From positions 32,001 to 96,000 of the forward strand of contig CAZSKP010000003.1 in the NCBI GenBank assembly GCA_964607485.1: DNA of 64,000 bases, in the 5' to 3' direction. The translations under genes and the position numbers were made by a program. Position 1 is the stretch's first letter. Every line of letters begins with the position of its first letter. Below the pieces are notes generated by a model that was given only the letters and a program-made list of their open reading frames with translations, ran no database searches and had not been told where the DNA came from. Origin of the DNA: an uncultured bacterium (lineage in GTDB: Bacteria; Abyssobacteria; SURF-5). Below are positions 55,188-64,000 of this stretch, one piece after another.

Positions 55188-55572
55188 ATCTGTCCGGCAA
55201 TGAGCCCCCTCGATTGACATATCATCTTCCCCGCCAAATCCCTTTCCCGCCCCGACATGCCGGGCTGGTCCACCCGTGCGCCGTGGGTGTTCAAACACGT
55301 GCAAGCCCCCATCGCCGCCGAGAAGACTTCGACCGGTGTGTCCAAGCACAAGGCATTGTTTAGCAATAAGTTATAACCTACGGCCACAAAAAATCGAGTC
55401 CGAGGCCCATATCGGTATAAAAAATGCATCGCTAGGAAAACTCAGGGCTGTACCGTGCGATATTTCCGTCGCAATCGCATTGAGATAAGTGGTAAGCGGT
55501 TTGGGGAGCAGCCCGGAGTAATCGCCTTCGGCGAGGGGAGACCGCGGAACCCACCGCGGAGGGGAGCGTCGG

Positions 55573-58500
55573 GTGAAGGTAGCGGAATTCTACAGGGAGC
55601 TCGGGAGAAAAGATCCTCCGGGGATGAGAGGGATAAAAGCCCGCTTTGCCATCATCGCGTTCCTCCTGCTCATCGCCGTTGTAGCAACCCCGCTCTTGAA
55701 TATCGAGTTTATCCTTCCGCCAGTTCTGTTTGTGATTTCAATGGAGTTTGTCACCAACCTCATTTGCATTTTCTGGATGGCCACGGGAAGAGGGGCCCGA
55801 CAGCGAATCTATCTCGCAGCGGTCGTTGACCTCTTCCTAGTCACCGTTGTGATCCATTACATCGGCGGAATCGAGACGACGCTTTCATGGGTGTACGCCA
55901 TCGTCTTGCTCGCCTATGCGTCATTATATGGAATGAGGGTTGGCCTGTTCGCGGCAGCGGTCAGTTCCCTGCTCTATTCTTCCCTTCTGTTGGCGGAATT
56001 CTCGAACGTCGTTCCGCACATAAACTTTGACATTGTGAACAGCTCCTACCTGCACGGCGACCGGTTCTATCTCAACATAAAGCTCGTGAGCGAGAACGTT
56101 CTCTTTTTCATCACCGCCGCGGTTGCGGGATTACTCTCCGAACGATTGATCCAGAGCAAGAACGACCTGGAGCAAAGGAACGCGGATATATTGAAGATGC
56201 AGAAGACCCTGGAAGGTCACATGGGCAACCTGGAGCGCACCGTGGCGGAACGCACTCAGGAGCTCACGGACGCCAATGAACAGCTCCGGAGAGAGATCGC
56301 CGAACGCATGCAGGCAGAAGAAGCCCTGAAGGAGTCTGAGGAACGCTATCGAATGCTGGTTGAGGAAGCGAAAGACATAATCTGTACGATCGACATGAAG
56401 ACGGGCATCCTCACCAGCGTCAATAGCTTTGCTGCAAACACGCTTGGATACAGACCCGAAGCTGTTGTGAACAAGCTCAGTTTTCTTGAGATGGTCCACC
56501 CCGAGGACCATCAAAATGTGATCGGCCGATTGCAGGAATTGGCGTCCGAGAGGAAACGGTCGCCCAATTTCCCGTTACGGCTCCGAAAGGCCGACGGCAC
56601 CTACATGAACGTGGAGGTTAACGGAGCCGTCACCTACGATGCCCAAGGCAATCCCGAGACCTTCGTGGGCATCATACGGGACGTCACCGAGCGCCACCGG
56701 GCCGAAAAAGCATTGAGGGAGTCAGAGGAACGCTATCGGACGCTCGTCGACAACTCGCTCACCGGTACGTGCCTCATTCAGGACGGGAAATATCGGTTTG
56801 TGAACAAACGGCTCGTCGAAATGACGGGATACAGTCTGGCAGAGCTGGAGGAGGCGTCGCTCGACCTCCTGGTGCATCCCGACGACGTGAAGCTTGCTCA
56901 GGAAGCGATAGCAAAAAGGATATCAAGGGAGGATCTGACCGGTCATTATCAATTTCGTGCGGTCACCAAGACTGGAGAGATTTTGTGGATCGAAACACTG
57001 GGGACACCGGTTGACTATCAAGGAAGGCCCGCAGTACTGGTTAATTTGATCGACATCACCGAGCGCAGGCGGGCAGAGCAGCACCTCCGGGCGTCGGAGG
57101 AGAGATATCGGACGCTGCTCGACAGCATCGAGGTCGCCTTCTATGAGACCGACCTCGCGGGTAACCTTCTGTTCTTTAACGACACGGTGAGCAAGTTTCT
57201 CGGCTATACGAAGGACGAGCTTGCCGGGATGAGTTATCGACAGTACACCGACGAGGAGAACGCCGATATAATCTACCGCGCCTTCAACGCCATCTACGAG
57301 ACCAGGCTTGCGGAAAAGTCTTTTGAGTGCACCCTCACCTCGAAGGACGGCAAGAAGATACCCGTGGAGTACAGCGTCTCTCTCGTGTACGACGATTCGG
57401 GAGAGCCCATCGGGTTCCGGGGTCTGGCCCGCGACATCGCCGAGCGCAAGCGGGCGGAGGAACACCTGCGGGCATCCGAGGAGAAATACCGCACGCTGCT
57501 CGATAGCATCGACACCGGTTTCTACGAAACCGACCTCGCGGGCAACTTCCTCTTCTTCAACGAAACGATAAGGAAAGACCTGGAATATTCGAAGGAAGAA
57601 CTTGCCGGGATGAATTACCGACAGTACACCGACGAGGAGAACGGCAATATAATATACCGCGCCTTCAACACCGTCTACAGGACGGGCCGGGTGGACAAGT
57701 CATTTGAATGTACCATCCGGTCGAAAAGCGGCAGAGAGATGCCAGTCGAGTTCAGCGTATCTCTCATCCGGAACGATTCGGGCGAGCCGGTCGGCTTCCG
57801 AGGTCTGACGCGCGAGATCACCGAACGCAAGCGGGCGGAGGAGAAACTGAAGAGTTCGGAGGAGCGACTGAAGATATTGTTTGAATTTGCGCCGGACGCC
57901 TACTACTTGACCGATTTCGAGGGCAGGTTTGTCGATGGCAACAGGGCCGCCGAAAAACTGTTCGGTTACAGCAAGGACGAATTCACCGGGAAGAGTTTCG
58001 CCGAATTGAACCTGCTTCCTCCAGACCGGTTCTCAAAGGCGCTCATGCACGTGGCGGAAAATGCCGAGGGAAAAGCCACCGGACCTGACGAGCTCACCCT
58101 CACGCGGAAGGACGGCGTCGAGGTCGCAGTTGAGATAACGACATTTCCCGTGACAATTGAGGATCAGCCGTTGATGTTGGGTATCGCTCGCGACGTCACG
58201 GAGCGAAAGCACCTTGAGCGGCAGTTCTTCCAGGCCCAGAAGATGGAAAGCATCGGCACGTTGGCCGGCGGAATCGCCCACGACTTCAACAATCTTCTCG
58301 GGGGAATTCTGGGCTATGCCTCTTTTATGAAAAGCAGAATCGAGGCGGACCACCCCTTCTATAGGTACGTCGAGACAATTGAAAGAACCGCCATGCGGGC
58401 AGGTGAACTCACCTCACAGCTCCTCGGATTCGCCCGGGGTGGAAAGTACGAAACCAAGTCCATCGACCTGAATAGCATCGTCGAAGAGACATTGAGACTC

Positions 58501-59400
58501 ATCGACAGGACGTTCGACAGATTGATTGAAATCGAGACCCATCTGTGCCCCTCCCTCCCCGCAATCGAGGGTGACGCCGGACAGATACAGCAGGCATTGA
58601 TGAACCTCTGCGTTAATGCCCGCGATGCGATGGCCGGCGGAGGAACGCTGATCATCGAGACGAACGTTGAGGCGCTCTCGGAGGAATATGTGAGAACGCA
58701 CATGGGCGCGAAGGAGGGTTCATACGTGAGTCTGTCGGTGACCGACACCGGAACGGGCATGGACAGGGAAACCTTGCAGAGGATATTCGAGCCCTTCTTC
58801 ACAACGAAAGAACAGGGAAAGGGCACGGGACTTGGCCTGTCGATGGTGTACGGCGTCGTCAAGAATCATGGCGGACACGTGCGCGTGTACAGCGAGCCGG
58901 GCGAGGGGACGACGTTCAAGCTCTATTTGCCCTGCAGCAGAATGCCCGAGGCGCAGGAATTGTCGGAACTTCAATCGCCTCCCGAGGGGAACGAATTGAT
59001 CCTTGTCGTCGATGACGAGGAATCGATACGGTCTGTTGCAAGGGAGACGCTCGAAGCTCATGGCTACCGTGTGCTCCTGGCTGAGGACGGCGCAAAGGCT
59101 ATCGAGATCTATACAGAGCTTGACGGTGAGATCGGCTTGGTTATTCTCGATATGATTATGCCGAAAATGGGAGGCCGTGAGACCTTTCTGAAATTGAAGG
59201 AGCTCAATCCGAACGTGAAGGCGCTCCTTTCCACCGGTTACAGCCAGAATGGGAAGGCGCAGGAAATACTCGACAGTGGAGTCATGGGATTCGTTCAGAA
59301 GCCCTATCAGGTTGATGCGTTGCTGTCGGGAGTAAGAAAGGTGCTGGATGCAAGAGTAACATCGAAAACGTCGTCCTCCCAAGAGGAACACTCTCACTGA
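55573..59400 (+). CDS. Membrane-bound hybrid histidine kinase with five PAS domains and a receiver
   Basis: About 6 TM helices, 5 PAS/PAC, GGIAHDFNNLL, NLCVNARDAM, DTGTGM, FFTTKEQGKGTGLGL, receiver LVVDDE..DMIMP; start may be 55624. Confidence 0.95.
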   Translation: MKVAEFYRELGRKDPPGMRGIKARFAIIAFLLLIAVVATPLLNIEFILPPVLFVISMEFVTNLICIFWMATGRGARQRIYLAAVVDLFLVTVVIHYIGGIETTLSWVYAIVLLAYASLYGMRVGLFAAAVSSLLYSSLLLAEFSNVVPHINFDIVNSSYLHGDRFYLNIKLVSENVLFFITAAVAGLLSERLIQSKNDLEQRNADILKMQKTLEGHMGNLERTVAERTQELTDANEQLRREIAERMQAEEALKESEERYRMLVEEAKDIICTIDMKTGILTSVNSFAANTLGYRPEAVVNKLSFLEMVHPEDHQNVIGRLQELASERKRSPNFPLRLRKADGTYMNVEVNGAVTYDAQGNPETFVGIIRDVTERHRAEKALRESEERYRTLVDNSLTGTCLIQDGKYRFVNKRLVEMTGYSLAELEEASLDLLVHPDDVKLAQEAIAKRISREDLTGHYQFRAVTKTGEILWIETLGTPVDYQGRPAVLVNLIDITERRRAEQHLRASEERYRTLLDSIEVAFYETDLAGNLLFFNDTVSKFLGYTKDELAGMSYRQYTDEENADIIYRAFNAIYETRLAEKSFECTLTSKDGKKIPVEYSVSLVYDDSGEPIGFRGLARDIAERKRAEEHLRASEEKYRTLLDSIDTGFYETDLAGNFLFFNETIRKDLEYSKEELAGMNYRQYTDEENGNIIYRAFNTVYRTGRVDKSFECTIRSKSGREMPVEFSVSLIRNDSGEPVGFRGLTREITERKRAEEKLKSSEERLKILFEFAPDAYYLTDFEGRFVDGNRAAEKLFGYSKDEFTGKSFAELNLLPPDRFSKALMHVAENAEGKATGPDELTLTRKDGVEVAVEITTFPVTIEDQPLMLGIARDVTERKHLERQFFQAQKMESIGTLAGGIAHDFNNLLGGILGYASFMKSRIEADHPFYRYVETIERTAMRAGELTSQLLGFARGGKYETKSIDLNSIVEETLRLIDRTFDRLIEIETHLCPSLPAIEGDAGQIQQALMNLCVNARDAMAGGGTLIIETNVEALSEEYVRTHMGAKEGSYVSLSVTDTGTGMDRETLQRIFEPFFTTKEQGKGTGLGLSMVYGVVKNHGGHVRVYSEPGEGTTFKLYLPCSRMPEAQELSELQSPPEGNELILVVDDEESIRSVARETLEAHGYRVLLAEDGAKAIEIYTELDGEIGLVILDMIMPKMGGRETFLKLKELNPNVKALLSTGYSQNGKAQEILDSGVMGFVQKPYQVDALLSGVRKVLDARVTSKTSSSQEEHSH

Positions 59401-59685
59401 GAGCTGCGCCCCTCCCGCCTTTCCACCCTGTCGGCAATCACTAAGCTTATGCTCCCGCCCTCAGAGTGATGCGCTCCGTGGTGACATCTCCCCTTTACCC
59501 GTTGCCTTTTCCTCCACGTATGCGAGCCGGGCACGGGATGTGTCGGCATAGCGTCACCTTCTCCGGTGCTCTGCAAACGGAAATCGTGGCAAGTCGGCAT
59601 GGGAAACATACGCGTGACGACTTAAATCGATAGTTGACAAAGAGTTGTGGAAGGGGGCTGACGAGACCTGGCGATGGTTTCAAAC

Positions 59686-59702
59686 TTGGCCCAAGAAATG
59701 CT
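59686..59702 (+). promoter_or_regulatory. sigma54-type promoter of the receiver-cyclase gene
   Basis: TTGGCCCAAGAAATGCT (GG-N10-GC); 16/17 identical to 61126-61142. Confidence 0.6.
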
Positions 59703-59791
59703 TCAGCCCTTCAGTCGATACACCGACCGATACGGCAATGTGACATGGCGTTCGGTCTCGGGTCAAGAGAAAGCCATGAGGAACCCCGAAT

Positions 59792-60928
59792 ATGACGCGG
59801 CACAAAGTGTTGTTCGTAGATGATGAAGAGAATGTGTTGAAATCCCTCGAACGGATTTTCGTCGATGAGGGGTATGAAATCATAACCGCCTCCAGTGGAG
59901 AGGAGGCTCTCGAAAAGCTGGACAGCGAGAGAGTCTCTCTCGTCATCTCCGACCAGAGGATGCCGGGAATGCAAGGGGTGGAACTGCTGAGCCGCATCAA
60001 GGCCCTTTCACCGCACACGGTGGGCATTCTTCTGACAGGCTACACCGACATCAAGACGGCCATCGTCGCGATCAACAGCGGGGCGGTCTACAAGTACATC
60101 GGGAAACCGTGGGACGATGAGCAGTGCAAGATCACGGTGAGGAGAGCGCTCGAAAACTACGACATCGAGCAGGAAAATCGAAGGCTCGAAAGAAAGATAA
60201 GGAAGCAAAACGAAAAGTTGAAGGAACTGAACAAGAACCTGCAAAGGGCCAAGGAACTGCTGAGCGTCTCTCTGCAGCGCTACGTGAGCACTCATCTGGT
60301 CGAGCGGGTTCTGAAAAGCTCCACTCCGGTCTCGCTCTCGGGCGAGAAGAAAGAAGTGACGATCCTGATTTCCGATATCAGGAATTTCACCGCGCTGGCG
60401 GAGAACATGCCTCCGGAGGAGCTGGTGGAATTCCTGAACCAGTACTTCGAGGCGATGGTCGAGGTCGTTCTGAAGAATGAAGGGCTCCTGGACAAGTTCA
60501 TGGGTGACGCCGTCATGGCGTTGTTCGGCGCGATCTACACGCATGAAGACGACCCGTTAAGGGCGGTCACGACGGCCGTCGAGATGCAGGAGATGGTGGA
60601 AAAGCTGAACGAGAGATGGGCCAGAACGAGCCAGCCTCAGATCAAGGTCGGTATCGGCATCTCCACGGGAGAGGTCGTCGTGGGAAACATCGGCTCCAAG
60701 AAGAGAATGGACTACACCGTCATCGGACAGCACGTCAATTACGCACAGCGGATCGAAGGTCTCACGAAGGTCCTCCCCTCCCCCATCCTGATCGGCGAGC
60801 TCACGTATTCCGAAGTCAGCGAGAAGGTCCACGCCACCCGGTACGGCCCCGTCCAGATTAAAGGGAAGAAAGACCCCATTATCGTTTACGGCGTCAGCGG
60901 GCTGAAAGAACAGTGCACCGAACAATAA
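59792..60928 (+). CDS. Response-regulator receiver fused to a class III adenylate/guanylate cyclase
   Basis: LFVDDE..SDQRMPG..KPW; ILISDIRNFT, DKFMGDAVMA, GNIGS..RMDYTVIG..VNYAQRIE, IKGK. Lys (DK) and Asp (DY) positions suggest ATP specificity. Confidence 0.93.
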   Translation: MTRHKVLFVDDEENVLKSLERIFVDEGYEIITASSGEEALEKLDSERVSLVISDQRMPGMQGVELLSRIKALSPHTVGILLTGYTDIKTAIVAINSGAVYKYIGKPWDDEQCKITVRRALENYDIEQENRRLERKIRKQNEKLKELNKNLQRAKELLSVSLQRYVSTHLVERVLKSSTPVSLSGEKKEVTILISDIRNFTALAENMPPEELVEFLNQYFEAMVEVVLKNEGLLDKFMGDAVMALFGAIYTHEDDPLRAVTTAVEMQEMVEKLNERWARTSQPQIKVGIGISTGEVVVGNIGSKKRMDYTVIGQHVNYAQRIEGLTKVLPSPILIGELTYSEVSEKVHATRYGPVQIKGKKDPIIVYGVSGLKEQCTEQ

Positions 60929-61125
60929 CTCCTTGACCCTCCCCCATCCCACCCGCGCCTCCTCAGGTTCAGATAGGTGTCGGCATTACGTCACTCCCTT
61001 GATGCTCTGAGATGAGGGAAGATCGTGTCCGGGGGAAACGGGCGACCGCCTCGCATGAATGTACTCCATTATATAGCAACGCTTTACAGCCAGAGGCAGG
61101 AGAATCCTTGTTGGAGATTCCACGT

Positions 61126-61142
61126 TTGGCGCAAGAAATGCT
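61126..61142 (+). promoter_or_regulatory. sigma54-type promoter of the TonB receptor operon
   Basis: TTGGCGCAAGAAATGCT (GG-N10-GC). Confidence 0.6.
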
Positions 61143-61261
61143 GAAGGCCTCATTTGATTTATTGTTTCGTAACCTTTTGCTGGCAATGCACTCCGCGCGG
61201 TCAATTCCCAATGCAGGCGGAGAAGGATGAAGCGCGATTCTGACATTCAAGGGGGAAAATC

Positions 61262-63301
61262 ATGACGAAGAATACGACATGGGTCCGGAGAGCGGCACTG
61301 GTATCGCTGCTCATCGTCTTGCTGCTGCTGGCCGCGCCCGCTAATTCAGAGCCGGAGACGCAAGCTGAATCGGGAGCCGTGTTCATGGAAGATTCCTACA
61401 AGAGGGAACAGCTCCTCTTCGAGGAATTCCCGATCGTCTTCAGCGCCGCCAAGATGGAGCAGCCGATAAACTGGTCTCCCTCCAGCACGACGGTCATAAC
61501 CGCCGACGAGATACGCCGCTCGAGCGCGACCAACCTGCTGGACCTGTTGCGCAGGGTGCCGGGACTGGACATCTTCAGAGTTACCGGAGGCAATGGCAAC
61601 CTGGCGGTCAGGGGATTTGCCAGGCCGGCGAGCAGGACGGTGCTGGTGCTTGTCGATGGGATGTCGGTGTACCGCGACTACTATGGGACGGTCGAATGGG
61701 AGTCGCTGCCCGTCGTGCTGGAGGAGATCGACCGTATCGAGATCATCCGGGGGCCGGGCTCCGCGCTGTACGGCGCAAACGCCTTTTCCGGTGTCGTCAA
61801 CATCATCACCAAGACTCCCAAACAGCTCAAGGGAACGACCGTCTCTTCAACGCTCGGCCAATTCGAAACGTACATCAACACCGTGATACACGCGGGCGTG
61901 AAGGACAAGTGGAGCTACAGGGTCACCGGAAGCTGGACCGAACTCGATTCGATGGAATTCAACGATGAAAGGGTCCTGAAGACGCAGAAGGCAAACGTCC
62001 TGCTCGGCTACGAATTCGACGAGGACCAAAAGTTGACGCTTTTCAACGGGTTCATCTACACGGACATGACCTCGCTTTCCCACAGCGTGCCCGTTGTCTG
62101 GAATGGTATCTCCAATTACTTGAAGCTTAACTACGACCATGACGACTGGAAGTTCCAGGCCTTTTACGCTCTGACGGATATCGACACCTCCTCGGAGGGT
62201 TCCATCGACGGTTACAAATCGCTCATCGACAACGTATTCGACTTCGAGGTCCAGCACACCTTTCGGCCCAACGACGAGCACACGGTCATATGGGGCGCCG
62301 ACTACCGATATAATCGACCGACGGCACATGAAACCTTTAGGAATGCTCCGAGCTTTAACCTCTTTTCATTCTTCGTACAGGACGAATTTCGGCCCTTTGA
62401 CAATCTGGCGTTCACGGGAGGGCTCAGGGTCGACTCTCATCCCGACACGGGAGTTCACTTCTCCCCCCGGTTCAGCGCCGTGTATGAGCCGTGGGAAAAC
62501 CACATGTTCAGGGCGTCCGTCGGACAGGCATTCAGAAATCCGACATTCATAGAATCCTACCTGGACACAACCTTCACGTATCCGACTCCCATGCCCGGCG
62601 TATTCGTCGTCACCAACTTGCTCGGAGACGATGACATTGACGCTGAACAGGTGACTACCTTCGAGCTCGGCTATCAGACGCGGACCGACGACGGAAGGCT
62701 GCATGTCAAGCTCGATACCTTCTACGACATGTTCGACGACATCATCGAATTCGTTTTCGTGAGCGGTCCCACTCCGCCGCCCGACATCACCTTTGAGATC
62801 GACCACGCGAACGTCGGGAAAGCCATCGCCTACGGAGGTGAGCTCAGCGTGGATTACCATATCAACGACTGGCTCGGCGCTTATTTCAACTATTCATACG
62901 AGTACGTCGAGGCCAGGGACGACGGCGTGCAGTTCCAGGATGTCAAGAAGGGAGACCGGATCAAGTCTTCTCCAAGACATAAGGTGAATGCGGGGGCATA
63001 CGCCGAGTTCGACAGCGGCGTGAACATGAGCGTTGACGCGAGCTACGTGGACGAGATCGAGGCGTTCTTCTTCGATGTCGCGAGCGCCGTCTCCGACCCG
63101 GCCGCCATCTTCGGCCATGAGAAGGTCGATGACTATCTCCGCGTGGACGCGAAGATAGGATACAAGCTTCCGAAGCATGACATCGAGGTGTCACTCCTCG
63201 TTCACAACCTGTTGAACGACGTTCACAGGGAATGGGCCGCGGCCAAAGGCGGGGAGAGATTCGAGCGGCAGTTCTTGATCAACGTCACGGGCAGGTTCTA
63301 G
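61262..63301 (+). CDS. TonB-dependent outer-membrane receptor
   Basis: Signal peptide; plug VITADEI..DLLRRVPG, LVLVDG, IDRIEIIRGPGSALYGANAFSGVVNIITK; terminal F. Confidence 0.95.
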   Translation: MTKNTTWVRRAALVSLLIVLLLLAAPANSEPETQAESGAVFMEDSYKREQLLFEEFPIVFSAAKMEQPINWSPSSTTVITADEIRRSSATNLLDLLRRVPGLDIFRVTGGNGNLAVRGFARPASRTVLVLVDGMSVYRDYYGTVEWESLPVVLEEIDRIEIIRGPGSALYGANAFSGVVNIITKTPKQLKGTTVSSTLGQFETYINTVIHAGVKDKWSYRVTGSWTELDSMEFNDERVLKTQKANVLLGYEFDEDQKLTLFNGFIYTDMTSLSHSVPVVWNGISNYLKLNYDHDDWKFQAFYALTDIDTSSEGSIDGYKSLIDNVFDFEVQHTFRPNDEHTVIWGADYRYNRPTAHETFRNAPSFNLFSFFVQDEFRPFDNLAFTGGLRVDSHPDTGVHFSPRFSAVYEPWENHMFRASVGQAFRNPTFIESYLDTTFTYPTPMPGVFVVTNLLGDDDIDAEQVTTFELGYQTRTDDGRLHVKLDTFYDMFDDIIEFVFVSGPTPPPDITFEIDHANVGKAIAYGGELSVDYHINDWLGAYFNYSYEYVEARDDGVQFQDVKKGDRIKSSPRHKVNAGAYAEFDSGVNMSVDASYVDEIEAFFFDVASAVSDPAAIFGHEKVDDYLRVDAKIGYKLPKHDIEVSLLVHNLLNDVHREWAAAKGGERFERQFLINVTGRF

Positions 63302-63344
63302 CGTGTCGAACCGACCTCTTCGCGACAAGGAGTGGAGGCGGGCA

Positions 63345-64000
63345 ATGAGGTTCAGGGTTCTGGTGTTTTTCGTGATGTGGCTCGGCCTCTTTTGGACGGG
63401 TTGGCAGGAAGACGCCTTCCCGGCGCCCCAGGCACGCATCGCGATCGTGTTCAGCTACGATGCCCGCGCGTACGATGAAGCCGAGAAGGGATTCCTCGAG
63501 GTCATAAGCAAGAGCAAGCTCGATCCGATGATCAAGCGCTATACGCTCAAGGGTTCAGCCAAGGGTATCGACTCACTCATTGCGGAAATCAGCTTCGCTC
63601 GGCCCAACGTAATCATCACCGTGGGCTCGCCCGCCACGAAGGTCATCGCCTCGCGAGTTTCCGACATCCCCATCGTCTTCTCGATGGTTCTGTATCCGGT
63701 CGCAAGCGGGTTTGTCCCCAACATAAACTCCCCGGGGAAAAACCTCACCGGGGCGGCGATGGACGTGCCGATAGAGGCTCAGTTCAAGGTCCTCTCAAGG
63801 GTTGTTCCCCGGCTGAGGCGGATCGGGGTGCTCTACAATCCTGAAGAGACGGGGTCGATAATCAGCGAGGCTGAGAAGGTGGCGGAGTCGATGAAGCTGG
63901 AGCTCGTGGCCGAGCAGGTGTGCTCCGAGGCCGACGTGCTGGCTGCCATGAACAATCTGAACTCCAAAGGAGCCGAGGTCCTGTGGGGAGTTGCCGACGG
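63345..64000 (+). CDS. Periplasmic ABC-type substrate-binding protein (ABC_sub_bind-like), truncated by the window end
   Basis: Hand translation MRFRVLVFF...IITVGSPAT...IPIVFSMVLYP...SPGKNLTG...RIGVLYNP; RBS GGAGG. Confidence 0.85.
   Translation, partial: MRFRVLVFFVMWLGLFWTGWQEDAFPAPQARIAIVFSYDARAYDEAEKGFLEVISKSKLDPMIKRYTLKGSAKGIDSLIAEISFARPNVIITVGSPATKVIASRVSDIPIVFSMVLYPVASGFVPNINSPGKNLTGAAMDVPIEAQFKVLSRVVPRLRRIGVLYNPEETGSIISEAEKVAESMKLELVAEQVCSEADVLAAMNNLNSKGAEVLWGVAD

Overview
A GC-rich (roughly 55-60%, by eye) chromosomal window from a diderm bacterium that is probably anaerobic (inferred from LptD, a TonB receptor, UroD/MtaA-family proteins and a siroheme/4Fe-4S protein; the taxon cannot be fixed from this window). 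It holds about 50 CDSs and one tRNA(CAT), probably Ile2. Main blocks: (i) lipid/acyl-CoA and general metabolism (enoyl-CoA hydratase, SCP2, ThDP enzyme, PLP gamma-synthase/lyase, GDPD, amidohydrolases, two UroD-family proteins, an esterase); (ii) envelope glycosylation (GT2, two GT-C-type proteins, YdjC deacetylase, LptD-like protein followed by three NDP-sugar enzymes); (iii) dense signalling (two HDOD, two PilZ, four histidine kinases, a Ser/Thr kinase, a receiver-adenylate/guanylate cyclase, and a TonB receptor plus periplasmic binding protein), several with sigma54-type promoters; (iv) a small accessory patch at 15.8-18.6 kb (TA pair, methyltransferase, orphan DUF2283, HNH nuclease) organised around a 40-bp direct repeat and REP-like palindromes. 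I see no CRISPR array, prophage, integrase or transposase. The most unusual items are an acyl-CoA synthetase (NDP-forming) alpha subunit fused in frame to an intact RNase HI, a membrane-anchored HTH protein with RR-rich c-di-GMP-like motifs, a secreted GGRHF-repeat/Tyr-rich protein, an HDOD gene that appears to need a CTG start, a MITE-like element wrapping a REP palindrome, and a structured long leader upstream of the SCP2 gene. All family calls come from motif recognition by eye; no database searches were run.
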